Source: an uncultured Acidobacteriota bacterium
GTDB lineage: Bacteria; Acidobacteriota; Vicinamibacteria; Vicinamibacterales; 2-12-FULL-66-21
Assembly (NCBI GenBank): GCA_963820645.1
Contig: CAWGAS010000002.1
Span: 1,884-65,883, forward strand
Direction of reading: 5' to 3'
Length of the DNA: 64,000 nt
The notes under the pieces were generated by a model. The model saw only the letters and a program-made list of their open reading frames with translations. It was not told the origin of the DNA and did not search any database. The position numbers and the translations under genes are program-made. Positions 32,221 to 41,885 of this stretch are shown here, piece by piece; the first letter of the stretch is position 1, and each line of letters starts with the position of its first letter.

Positions 32221-33294
32221 CTACTTCTCCGCCCTGACGGGGTTCTCGAGCGTCCCGATGCCTTCGATCGTGCACGTGGAGGTGTCGCCATTCTTGAAGT
32301 AGATCGGGGTGGCGCGCCCCGCGCCGACGCCGGCGGGGCTGCCTGACGAGATCATGTCGCCCGGCTTCAGGGTCATGAGGTGCGAGGCGTACTCCACGAG
32401 CTCGTAGACGTCGTGCGTCATGCGGTCGGTGTTCGAGTCCTGCATCACCTTTCCGCTCAGCGTGAACCTGATCGCGAGCTTCTGGGGATTCGGCACGAAC
32501 TGCCTCGGCACCACGTACGGCCCCATCGGGAAGAACGTGTCGTGGCTCTTGCCGACGATCCAGTCCGATCCATGGCGGCCGTCGGCGCGACCGCCGCGAT
32601 CGGACACGTCGTTGTCGAGCGTGTAGCCGAAGATGTATTCGGCGGCCTGCTCCGCCGTCACGCGCCTGGCCGTCTTGCCGATCACGATGTTGAGCTCGCA
32701 CTCCCAGTCGATCTGGGTGCGTCCGGGCGGCAGCAGGATCGGATCGCCGTGACCCGTGATCGCGCTGGCCGCCTTGATGAAGTAATAGGGGTTGTGCCGC
32801 GCGTCGCCGGGCTTCCGGTTCCAGTAGCCGGGAATGCCCTGCGCCACGTTGGGGTCGACGGCGGCCGCGCTGGCCGCGACCGTGGACTGGCTGCGCATTT
32901 CCAGCGCGTGTTCCTGGTAGTTCACGGCGGCGTTGAGCAGCACCGACGGGTCGGCGATCGGCGGCAGCGTCTTCACGTCCATGGCCTTGAACGAGAAGGC
33001 GGGCGGCTGTTTTGCCGACGCGGCCGCGAGCGCGGCCAGTCTGCCGGCCATCGCCGCGTCCCAGCCCGCGATCAACGCTTTGAGCGTCGCCGGCGCGCCG
33101 ACGTTCGCGCGCGACAGGTCCACGACCAGGGTGTCCTTCGCGACGACGAGCCCGACGAACGGCCGGTTGTCCCGCGCGAACATCCCGAGCTTGTAGGGTT
33201 CGGGGTTCTGCGCCGCCACGTCCGCCATGCCCGGCAATCCTGCCAGCCCCGCCAGCCCCGCCGACACCATCATCGCGCCGCACAGATTCCTCAT
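32221..33294 (-). CDS. Secreted fumarylacetoacetate hydrolase (FAH)-family protein
   Basis: Start MRNLCGAMMVSAGLAGLAGLPGMA (signal). FAH core DWECELNIVIGKTARRV, GYTLDNDVSDR, WIVGKSHDTFFPMGPYVV, LKPGDMISSGSPAGVG. Confidence 0.8.
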   Translation of the reverse strand: MRNLCGAMMVSAGLAGLAGLPGMADVAAQNPEPYKLGMFARDNRPFVGLVVAKDTLVVDLSRANVGAPATLKALIAGWDAAMAGRLAALAAASAKQPPAFSFKAMDVKTLPPIADPSVLLNAAVNYQEHALEMRSQSTVAASAAAVDPNVAQGIPGYWNRKPGDARHNPYYFIKAASAITGHGDPILLPPGRTQIDWECELNIVIGKTARRVTAEQAAEYIFGYTLDNDVSDRGGRADGRHGSDWIVGKSHDTFFPMGPYVVPRQFVPNPQKLAIRFTLSGKVMQDSNTDRMTHDVYELVEYASHLMTLKPGDMISSGSPAGVGAGRATPIYFKNGDTSTCTIEGIGTLENPVRAEK

Positions 33295-33461
33295 GCCAGC
33301 CTCCGTTTGCGAGGCCCATGATACTCCCCGCCTGCAGGACAAATTGAAGCGAACTCGAAAGTCGCGCTACACTGCGACCTCCGCTCGCGCGGTGGACGAT
33401 CGAACCCGGCCAGACCCGCGTCAGGCCCGAAGACCGAACTCATAGCCCTCAGGAGGCCCTG

Positions 33462-36174
33462 TTGTCCTTTCGATCGCCGCGCACGCTCATTTTCGTCGCC
33501 CTGATCGCCCTGACCACGGTCGTCCCGAAGTCCGCGGAGTTCTACACCGACTGGCTCTGGTTCAAGGAAGTCGGCTTCGAGCAGGTGTTCCTGCGCTCGC
33601 TGACGGCGAGCACGACCGTCACGGCCGCGACCGGCCTCGTGGTCTTCGCGATCCTGCTGGGCCAACCTCGCCGTGGTGTTCCGCTCGCTGCGCCCGCGGC
33701 ACTTCACGATCGTCACCACCGCGGGACCGCAAGTGATCTCGATGGATCCGCGCCGCTACAGGCCGCTCGTCGTCCTCGTGGCGGGAATCGCGGCGCTGCT
33801 CATCGCGCTCTACGCCGGCTCGCGGTGGGAGACGTGGCTGTACTTCATCTATGGCACGCCCTTCGGCAAGACCGATCCGATCCTGGGCCGCGACATCGGC
33901 TTCTACGTCTTCACGCTCCCGCTGCTCGAGATGGTCAACGGGACGCTGCTTGGCACGCTCGTCCTGGCGGCCGCAGTGACCGTCGGGGCGTACGTGTTCG
34001 CCGGGGAGGTCGGGCTCGATCCGGACCGGGGACCCTACGCCTCGGCGGTGGCGGTCCGGCATGTCTCGACGCTCGCGACCGCGGTGCTGATCGTCCTGGC
34101 CTTCGGCGCCTGGCTGCAGATCCCCCAGCTGCTGACCACGCCGTCGGGCGTCGTGGCGGGCGCGTCGTACGCGGATGTGCACGCGCGGATGCCGGCGCTG
34201 CGCGTGCTCATCGTCGCGGCGCTGGCCGGCGCGGCGGTGACCATCTGGCAGGGCATGGTGGCGGGGCGTCTGCGGGCGCTCGGGATTGCGGCCGCGCTGT
34301 ATCTGGTGGTCCTGTTCGGCGGGGCCGGGTATGCCGCGATCATCCAGCGGTTCGTCGTCGCGCCGAACGAGCAGGTGCGCGAGACGCCGTTCATCGTGCA
34401 CAACATCAAGGCCACGCGCGACGCGTTCGCGCTGGATCGGGTCGAGGAGCGGGGGCTGACCGGCGATGCGCGGCTGACGCGCGCCGACCTCGAGCGGAAT
34501 GCCGCGACGATCGAGAACGTCCCGTTGTGGAACGAACGGCCGCTGCTCGACACCTTCAGCCAGCTCCAGGAGATCCGCACCTATTACGACTTCGCCAGCG
34601 TGGACAACGATCGGTACACCATCAACGGGAAGTACCGGCAGATCATGCTCTCGGCGCGGGAGCTGAACTCCGCCAGCCTCCCCAGCCGGACCTGGATCAA
34701 CGAGCACCTGACGTTCACCCACGGATACGGCCTGACGCTCGGGCCGGTCAACGAAGTCGCGGCGGAGGGCCTGCCGGTCCTCTTCATCCGCGACCTGCCG
34801 CTCGTCTCGACCGTGGACCTCAAGGTGACGCAGCCGGCGATCTACTACGGCGAGCTGCCGAACGACCACGTCTTCGTGAACACCAGTACGGAGGAGTTCG
34901 ATTACCCGCGCGGCGAAGACAACGTGTTCGCGGCCTACAAGGGACGCGGCGGCGTGCCCCTCTCCAACGTCTTCAGGCGCCTGATGTTCGCGATCCGGTT
35001 CCGATCCACCGACACGTTCTTCTCGCCGAACCTGACGACCGAAAGCCGCGTGATGATGCACCGGCGGATCGCCGACCGTGTCCGCCGCATCGCCCCGTTC
35101 CTCACCTACGATCGCGATCCCTACCTGGCGATCTCCGAGGGCCGGCTGGTCTGGATGCAGGACGTCTATCTCACCTCCAGCCGCTATCCCTACTCGACGT
35201 CAGCCGGCGGGGTGAACTACATCCGCAACGCCGTCAAGATCACCATCGACGCCTATCACGGCACGACGACGTTCCACCTGCTCGACCCGTCGGATCCGAT
35301 CGCGGCGACGATCGGCAAGATGTTCCCGGGACTGCTCCAGCCGATCGAGACGATGCCGGAAGACCTGAGGTCGCGGCTGCGCTATCCGCACGGAATCTTC
35401 GCGCTGCAGGCCGCCATGTTCGCGACGTTCCACATGCTGAACCCCGCGGTGTTCTACAACCGCGAGGACCAATGGGAAATCCCGTCGTTCGAGGTCGACG
35501 GCCGGACCGCGGCCATGTCGCCCTACTACACGGTCATGAAGCTGCCGGGCGAGAAGGGGCCGGAGTTCATCCAGATGCTCCCGTTCACGCCGCGGCAGAA
35601 GGACAACCTCGCCGCGTGGATGGTGGCCCGCAGCGACGGCGATCAGTACGGGCGCCTCGTCGTGTTCCAGTTCCCGAAGCAGACGGTCATCTTCGGGCCG
35701 AAGCAGATCGCCGCGCGCATCAGCCAGGACCAGGTCATCGCGCCGCAGATCACGCTGTGGAACCAGCAGGGGTCCGAAGTGATCCAGGGGACGCTGCTGG
35801 TCATCCCGATCGAGGAGTCGCTGATCTACATCCGTCCGCTGTATCTGCGCGCGGCCGGCGGCTCGATTCCGGAGCTCAAGCGCGTGATCGTCGCGTATCA
35901 GAATCAAATCGTCATGGAGGAGACGCTCGAACGCGCGCTCGATCGGCTCTTCCCGGGACGGACAGCCACGCCGCCTGCGGAGACACCGTGGTCGAAGCTC
36001 CCACGCCCGGCGGCACGCCGGCGCCGGTGACGCCGGCCGACGCCGATCTGGCCGTCGCAGGCGCGGGCGCACTACCAGCGCGCGCTGCAGGCCCAGCGCG
36101 ACGGGAACTGGGCGCTGTACGGCGAGGAAATCAAGCGGCTCGGCGAAGTGCTCGAGAAAATGGCGCGGCGGTAG
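33462..36174 (+). pseudogene. UPF0182-family large membrane protein, about 3 frameshifts
   Basis: TTG start. MSFRSPRTLIFVALIALTTVVPKSAEFYTDWLWFKEVGFEQVF; the 33673 frame carries the family core ..LQEIRTYYDFASVDNDRYTINGKYRQIMLSARELN..EHLTFTHGYGLTLGPVN..YPYSTS..VNYIRNAVKITIDAYHG. The tail in a third frame reads [38 protein letters not shown]-stop (tag 36172-36174). Confidence 0.8.
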
Positions 36175-36190
36175 TCGGCCCAGGCGAACC

Positions 36191-37651
36191 GTGACGACTT
36201 CCGCTCCATTCACGCCGCCCGGCGCCGGCCTCGTTCGAGGCCTCGGCGTCCTGGCCGCGACCGCCATCGTCATCGGCGACGTCATCGGAACGGGCGTGTT
36301 CCTCAAGGCCCGCATCATGACGTGCAACGTCGACACGCCCGGGATGGTCATGACGGTCTGGGTGGTCGCCGGACTGCTCAGCCTCGCGGGCGCCCTCACC
36401 TACGCCGAGCTGGCGGCGATGATGCCGCGCGCCGGCGGCGAGTACGTGTTCATCCGGCAGGCCTACGGATCGCTCCCGAGCTTTCTCTACGGCTGGACGC
36501 GGTTCTTCGTCGCGAGCACCGGCGGCATCGCGGGTCTGTCGGCCGGCTTCGCGATCTTCATCAACGTCCTCTCCGGTGGCGCGCTTCAGGATCCGTGGTT
36601 CACGATCGACCTTCCCGGCCGTCAGATGGCGCTCACGGGTCTGGAGGGAATGGCCATCGCCGCCATTCTGGTGGTCACGTTCGTGAACTGCACCGCGGTG
36701 GCGGTCAGCGGCCGAATCGCCTTCGTCATGACCGCGTGCAAGATCGCGCTCGTGCTCGGCGTCGGCCTGGGCGCCATGCTGCTGGCGGACGGATCGTGGG
36801 CGCACTTCGCGCTCGCCGACGAAGGCGGCGCGTGCGAGGGCGTGGCGGCCGCCACGCGCGGCGGTGTGGCGGGCTTCGGCGCCGCGATGCTCGGCGCGCT
36901 GTGGGCCTACAACGGCTGGAACGAAGTGACGTATGTCGCGGAAGAAGTGAAGGACCCGCAGCGGAATCTCCCGCTGGCGCTGATCGGCGGGATCGGCGTG
37001 ATTGCCACGCTGTACGTTCTCGCCAACGCCGCGTACTTCTTCGTCCTCACGCCGACCGAGGTGGCCAACATCCCCGCGTCGTCCGCCGTGGCGACCGAGG
37101 TCGTCACGCGCGTCCTCGGCGGCGGCGCGGCGACCGTGATGGCGGGCGTGCTGGCCATGTCCATCTTCGGCGCACTCCAGATCGCGTCGCTGGTGTGTGC
37201 GCGCATCCCGTACGCGATGGCGCGCGACGGCGTCTTCTTTGCGGGCCTCGCGCGCCTCAGCCCCCGGACGCGCGTCCCGATTCGCGCGCTCGTCGCTCAG
37301 GCCGCGTGGGCGATCGTGCTCGTGCTGTCCGGCTCGTTCGATACGCTGACCGACTACGCCATCTTCTCCATCCTCATCTTCGTCGGGCTGGTGACGGCGT
37401 CGGTCTTCGTCTTCCGCCGCAGGATGCCGGACGCCGAGCGCGCCTACCGCACGTGGGGCTATCCGGTCGTGCCGATCCTGTTCCTGCTCGTCGCGGGGTT
37501 CCTGATCGTCAACACCCTGCTGACGACTCCGGGCCGTGCGTTCGCGGGGCTCGGACTCATGGCGCTCGGCCTGCCGTTCTATTGGTACTGGTCCCGCGCA
37601 CAACGCGGGACGCTCGATGGACCGGATCGCGACTCCGGCTCGGCCGTTTGA
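36191..37651 (+). CDS. APC-superfamily amino acid permease
   Basis: Intact 486 aa with about 12 hydrophobic segments. IVIGDVIGTGVFLK, AELAAMMPRAGGEYVFIRQAYG, YNGWNEVTYVAEEVKDPQRNLPLAL. Confidence 0.85.
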   Translation: MTTSAPFTPPGAGLVRGLGVLAATAIVIGDVIGTGVFLKARIMTCNVDTPGMVMTVWVVAGLLSLAGALTYAELAAMMPRAGGEYVFIRQAYGSLPSFLYGWTRFFVASTGGIAGLSAGFAIFINVLSGGALQDPWFTIDLPGRQMALTGLEGMAIAAILVVTFVNCTAVAVSGRIAFVMTACKIALVLGVGLGAMLLADGSWAHFALADEGGACEGVAAATRGGVAGFGAAMLGALWAYNGWNEVTYVAEEVKDPQRNLPLALIGGIGVIATLYVLANAAYFFVLTPTEVANIPASSAVATEVVTRVLGGGAATVMAGVLAMSIFGALQIASLVCARIPYAMARDGVFFAGLARLSPRTRVPIRALVAQAAWAIVLVLSGSFDTLTDYAIFSILIFVGLVTASVFVFRRRMPDAERAYRTWGYPVVPILFLLVAGFLIVNTLLTTPGRAFAGLGLMALGLPFYWYWSRAQRGTLDGPDRDSGSAV

Positions 37652-37925
37652 ACGAACCGATCGACCTGATCCCGACGTGGGCCGACCCGGTCACCCGACG
37701 CGCCGCCGAAATGGTCGCGTCCAGACCGCGGCAGCGAGGCCGCCTCCGGCGAGCGCCAGCGAGCCCTTCGACTCGCGTAATCCACTGGGCTCGCTGCGAG
37801 CGGCGAGGCCGGCCCTGCCGACGGTGCGAAGCGCGCAGGCCAAGCTGGCCACCAGCTCAACAGTGGCCGGCGGCCGTTCGGGCGGCCTGTGCAATTCGGA
37901 ACAGCGTCTCTTCCTCTGTGCCGTC

Positions 37926-38237
37926 ATGCTATTGGACCTGCGGACCGAAACTGCAAGGACCAATTTGAAACGGACCAAGTCGGCCTTGCGGGGGCAACGT
38001 GGAGCGAAGGGTGAACGCGGGACGCCCGGAGCCGCCGGACGACGCGGCGGCAACGGGAAGCCCGGCCGGCGCGGCCTGAGGGGCCTCACCGCACCGCTTC
38101 AGAAGCCCGAGACCCTCGACAGGCTCGTGGCGCACTTCGAGGACGTCTATCTGCAGCTGACCGCGCAGGCAAAGCGAATCAACGACATGCAACGTCAACT
38201 CGATGAGATCACCGCGGCCGTGAAGAACCTTCGGTGA
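37926..38237 (+). CDS. Small collagen-like (Gly-X-Y)10 + coiled-coil protein (hypothetical)
   Basis: ATG at 37926. GQRGAKGERGTPGAAGRRGGNGKPGRRGLRG is 10 uninterrupted G-X-Y triplets, followed by LDRLVAHFEDVYLQLTAQAKRINDMQRQLDEITAAVKNLR. No signal peptide. Could be a chance ORF in GC-rich DNA. Confidence 0.4.
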   Translation: MLLDLRTETARTNLKRTKSALRGQRGAKGERGTPGAAGRRGGNGKPGRRGLRGLTAPLQKPETLDRLVAHFEDVYLQLTAQAKRINDMQRQLDEITAAVKNLR

Positions 38238-38464
38238 GACAGATGCCAACCATTCCCAACGGCGCGATGATGCACCTCGCCTGTCCGACCTGCCGCTGGC
38301 TGAAAGCGGTGCTGGCATTCGAGCAGCACGGCGTCGGCACGGCCTTTTGCCCGAATTGTCAGCATATGTGGGAGCTCGTGGTGCCGCCGAAGCGATCGCG
38401 GGTCACCATCGGCCACGCCACGCGGCGACACGCCGGGGCCGGCCCGCGACTGATTCAGCGATAA
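38234..38464 (+). CDS. Small zinc-ribbon protein (CPxC..CPxC), hypothetical
   Basis: GTG at 38234 overlaps the preceding stop (GTGA); alternative ATG at 38243. ..HLACPTCRWLKAVLAFEQHGVGTAFCPNCQHMWELVV.. Confidence 0.4.
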   Translation: MRQMPTIPNGAMMHLACPTCRWLKAVLAFEQHGVGTAFCPNCQHMWELVVPPKRSRVTIGHATRRHAGAGPRLIQR

Positions 38465-38567
38465 CAACCACCATGGGGAACGTGCCTCCAACCAGGCCGT
38501 TTCCGCGTGATGCGGTGCGACGGCACGCGGCGGAGGTGACTCGCGCCTCGTCCAGACACAGCCGATC

Positions 38568-41189
38568 TTGCCGCTGATCAATCCGATCACCCTGGGACGT
38601 TCCTCGCCGACGTTGAGGGCGATCCTCACCGGGAGGCCGCGCATCGCCACCATCCTGATCGTCGACGACCTCGCAGCCAACCGGGATTATCTCGTGACGG
38701 TCCTTCGCCATGAGGGACACCGGCTGCTCGAAGCCGCCGACGGCAGCCAGGGACTGGCCGCGATCGAGGCCGAGCGCCCGGATCTGGTGATCACCGACGT
38801 GCTCATGCCGATGATGGACGGGTACGAGCTCGTCAGGCAGCTTCGGCTCGACCCGGCGACCCGCGCGATTCCCGTAGTGTTCTATACGGCGCACTACGGC
38901 GAGCGCGAAGCGAGGGTCCTCGCGCTGGAAGGCGGAGTCGCCGACGTCCTGACGAAACCGGTCGAGTCCGCGGAGGTCCTGAGGGTCGTCGATCGCGTGC
39001 TCTCTGGCGCATCGCAGACGGGCAGTCCCTCGGACACGGCTCCGCTGACGACCAGGTTCGATCGCGATCACCTGCGGCTGGTCACCGACAAGCTCTCCGA
39101 AAAAGCGGGAGACCTGCGGGCCGCCAACGCGCGGTTGCGAGCGCTGATCAATATCGATTTGGAGCTCGCGTCCGAGCGGGACTCTGATCGGCTGCTCGAC
39201 AGCGTCTGCGCGGCGGCGCGCGACCTCTTTGGCGCGACGTACGTGACGCTCGGCATCCTGAACCCTGCCGACGGCCGGACGCAACGCTTCATCACGCGCG
39301 GAGTAGACGCGACACCCTGGATCGGCGCCGGGGACGCCGTCCCGGGGATCCTCGGGACGGCCGTCGCCGAGCGCCGGACGCTGCGAGGGAACAATCCGGG
39401 CGGCGATCCAACCGCGCTCCAGCTCCCCAAGCTCCACCCCGAAGTTCACGCCTTCCTGGCCGCACCCGTCGCGTCACCGGCCCACGTATACGGCTGGATT
39501 TGTCTCGTCGGCAACGAGGGAAGGGCTTTTACCGAAGAGGACGAGCACCTGATCACGGCGCTGTCCGGGCAGGTCGGACGCATTTACGAGAACGGCTATT
39601 TCGCGTCGGTCGAGAAACGCCGGGCCGACGAGCTCGAGCACGAGGTCCGCGAGCGCAAAGAGGCGGAGTCGGCCGTGCGGCACGAGCGGGACCGGGCGCA
39701 GCGTTACCTCGATACCGCCGAAGTCATCCTGCTGGCTCTTGACCTGGACGGCAAGATCACGCTGATCAATCGCAAGGGCTGCGACCTCCTGGGATGGCAG
39801 GAGCGCGAGTTGTCCGGGCGCGACTGGGCCGCGACGTGCCTGCCGGCTCGCGTGCGTGACGCTGTCAGGAAGACGCTCCACAATGTTGTCACCGGCGAGG
39901 CCTCCATCGCCGAGAACCCCGTGCTCACCAGGTCGGGCGAGGAACGGCTCATCGAATGGCGCAACACGGTTCAGCGGGACGACAACGGGCAGATCATCGG
40001 CACGTTCAGTTCCGGCACCGACATCACCGAGCGGCGCGGGCTGGAGGAGCAGGTTCAGCAGGCTCAGAAGCGGGAAGCCATCGGACGGCTGGCCGCCGGC
40101 GTGGCCCACGACTTCAACAACCTGCTGACGGTGATCCTCGGGAACGCCGAGCTGTTGCTGGCCGATCTCGCCCCGGACGATCCGCGCCTGGCCGACGTCG
40201 CGGAGATTCAGCAGGCGGGCGCGAGCGGCGCGGCGCTCACGCGTCAATTGCTGGCATTCAGCCGCAAGCAGATCATCGAGCCCACAGTGCTCGACCTGAA
40301 CGTGGTCGTGGCTGACATGCGGGGCATGCTCGGGCGCCTCCTCACCAGAGAAAACGTGAAGGTGGTGGCGGACCTCCGGCCGGAGCTGGCGCGCGTGAAG
40401 GCCGATCGCGGGCAAATCGAGCAGATCGTCCTGAACCTCGCGGTGAACGCGCGGGACGCCATGCCCGAAGGCGGCACGTTGCGGATCGAAACCGCCAACG
40501 TCGAGCTCGACGAGCACTACGCAAGGACGCACGTCCCGGTGAAACCGGGGCCCTACGTCGTGCTCACCGTGACCGATACGGGGACCGGCATGACGCCGGA
40601 AGTGCAGGCTCGCCTCTTCGAGCCGTTCTACACCACCAAGGAGATCGGCAAAGGCACGGGGCTCGGCCTGCCGACCGTCCTCGGCATCGTCACGCGGGCC
40701 GGCGGGAGCGTCAACGTCTACAGCGAGGTCGGCAGGGGTACGTCCTTCAAGGTCTATCTTCCACAGGCTGATGCCGCGGAGATCGCGGCCGCCGCGCCGC
40801 CGGCGGTGGCCCGGCCGCGCAGCGGATCGGAGACTGTGCTCGTGGTGGAAGACGCCGACGGGCTTCGCGAACTGACGAGGAGACTGCTGGAGCGGGACGG
40901 CTACAAGGTACTGGTCGCCGCGAACGCGGAGGCCGCGCTTCGGCTGTTCGAGGAGAACGAGCGCATCGACGTGCTCCTGACCGATATCGTGATGCCAGGC
41001 ACCAGCGGGCCGCAGTTGACCACGCAGCTGGCCGGGCGGCGTCCGAACCTGAAGGTGATCTACATGTCAGGGTACACCGAGGAATCCATCGTCGAGCACG
41101 GGGTGCTCAACGCCGGGATCGCGTTCCTGCACAAGCCATTCACGTCTGCGTCGCTGGTCGGGAAGATCCGTGAAGTGCTCGATCGATAG
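38568..41189 (+). CDS. Hybrid sensor histidine kinase/response regulator (REC-GAF-PAS-HisKA-HATPase-REC)
   Basis: Intact 873 aa. REC1 ILIVDDLAANRD..DLVITDVLMPMMDGYEL; GAF-like ..DLFGATYVTLGIL..AFLAAPV; PAS ..GKITLINRKGCDLLGW; H-box AGVAHDFNNLLTVILG; N/G boxes NLAVNARDAMPEGG, DTGTGM, GTGLGLPTV; REC2 VLVVEDADG..DVLLTDIVMPGTSG. The exact start (TTG) is uncertain. Confidence 0.9.
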   Translation: MPLINPITLGRSSPTLRAILTGRPRIATILIVDDLAANRDYLVTVLRHEGHRLLEAADGSQGLAAIEAERPDLVITDVLMPMMDGYELVRQLRLDPATRAIPVVFYTAHYGEREARVLALEGGVADVLTKPVESAEVLRVVDRVLSGASQTGSPSDTAPLTTRFDRDHLRLVTDKLSEKAGDLRAANARLRALINIDLELASERDSDRLLDSVCAAARDLFGATYVTLGILNPADGRTQRFITRGVDATPWIGAGDAVPGILGTAVAERRTLRGNNPGGDPTALQLPKLHPEVHAFLAAPVASPAHVYGWICLVGNEGRAFTEEDEHLITALSGQVGRIYENGYFASVEKRRADELEHEVRERKEAESAVRHERDRAQRYLDTAEVILLALDLDGKITLINRKGCDLLGWQERELSGRDWAATCLPARVRDAVRKTLHNVVTGEASIAENPVLTRSGEERLIEWRNTVQRDDNGQIIGTFSSGTDITERRGLEEQVQQAQKREAIGRLAAGVAHDFNNLLTVILGNAELLLADLAPDDPRLADVAEIQQAGASGAALTRQLLAFSRKQIIEPTVLDLNVVVADMRGMLGRLLTRENVKVVADLRPELARVKADRGQIEQIVLNLAVNARDAMPEGGTLRIETANVELDEHYARTHVPVKPGPYVVLTVTDTGTGMTPEVQARLFEPFYTTKEIGKGTGLGLPTVLGIVTRAGGSVNVYSEVGRGTSFKVYLPQADAAEIAAAAPPAVARPRSGSETVLVVEDADGLRELTRRLLERDGYKVLVAANAEAALRLFEENERIDVLLTDIVMPGTSGPQLTTQLAGRRPNLKVIYMSGYTEESIVEHGVLNAGIAFLHKPFTSASLVGKIREVLDR

Positions 41190-41215
41190 GTGAGCGCGGC
41201 TCCGCAGGCCCGCTG

Positions 41216-41250
41216 CCAGTTTCCAGCTTCCAGTTTCCAGCTTCCAGCTG
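41216..41250. repeat. Heptad tandem repeat (CCAGTTT/CCAGCTT)x5
   Basis: CCAGTTT CCAGCTT CCAGTTT CCAGCTT CCAGCTG, 26 nt after the hybrid kinase stop. Reverse-complement array at 41844-41885. Confidence 0.8.
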
Positions 41251-41397
41251 CACGAGCAGTCCGAGAGAGTGCGTTTTATCCAACCACGGCGGTCGACGGG
41301 GGGTCAGAAGGCGTGTGCTGGAGCCGGGTTCCAGGCTTAGACTCATCCTGGGATTGATCGCCACCGAAGCGACCCGATCGAACAAAGTGAGGGAAGC

Positions 41398-41811
41398 ATG
41401 CGCACGAACGTCGTTGCTGGAGTTCTGATCGCCGTCGCCGCCTTCTCCTGGGTGCGATCGACAAGCGGACAAGTGCAGTCTGTGCCGGGCCCCGGCAGCG
41501 GGATCGTCACCGTTCAGGGAGAGGTCGACGTTCGCAGGCTTCCGCCGATCGACGCGGGTCAACGCGGAGACTGGAAGGTATCGCTGGCGAATGTGGCGGA
41601 GGTCCGGGTCGTCAACACGCCCGCGGTCACGGTCGCGCCGCCGGCGTTTCTCAAGGTCGGACGCCGGTACCTCGTCACCTGGCCGGCAGGGGACACCGAA
41701 ACGGTAGTCATCGCGGAGCTTGGAAGCGGCGGGTGGTCACGCGCGGCCAGCGGGACGCGCCCGCGGTGGCTGAACCTCGCGACGGCGAAAGCGATAGAGG
41801 AAATCCCGTGA
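41398..41811 (+). CDS. Small secreted hypothetical protein (137 aa)
   Basis: GAGGGAAG RBS before the ATG. Signal peptide MRTNVVAGVLIAVAAFSWVRSTSGQ, then a beta-rich sequence ..GIVTVQGEVDVRRLPP..WKVSLANVAEVRVVNTPAVTV..YLVTWPAGDTETVVIAEL. Confidence 0.55.
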   Translation: MRTNVVAGVLIAVAAFSWVRSTSGQVQSVPGPGSGIVTVQGEVDVRRLPPIDAGQRGDWKVSLANVAEVRVVNTPAVTVAPPAFLKVGRRYLVTWPAGDTETVVIAELGSGGWSRAASGTRPRWLNLATAKAIEEIP

Positions 41812-41843
41812 GGCGGTGGATAGGGCGAGCGACACATCGGCGT

Positions 41844-41885
41844 AGCGGGAAGCGGGAAGCTGGGAGCTGGAAGCTGGAAGCTGGT
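41844..41885. repeat. Heptad tandem repeat (AGCGGGA/AGCTGGA)x6, the reverse complement of the CCAGCTT family
   Basis: AGCGGGA AGCGGGA AGCTGGG AGCTGGA AGCTGGA AGCTGGT. Abuts the ADOP permease stop codon (41886-41888). On the permease strand it reads (CCAGCTT)n directly after the stop. Confidence 0.8.
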
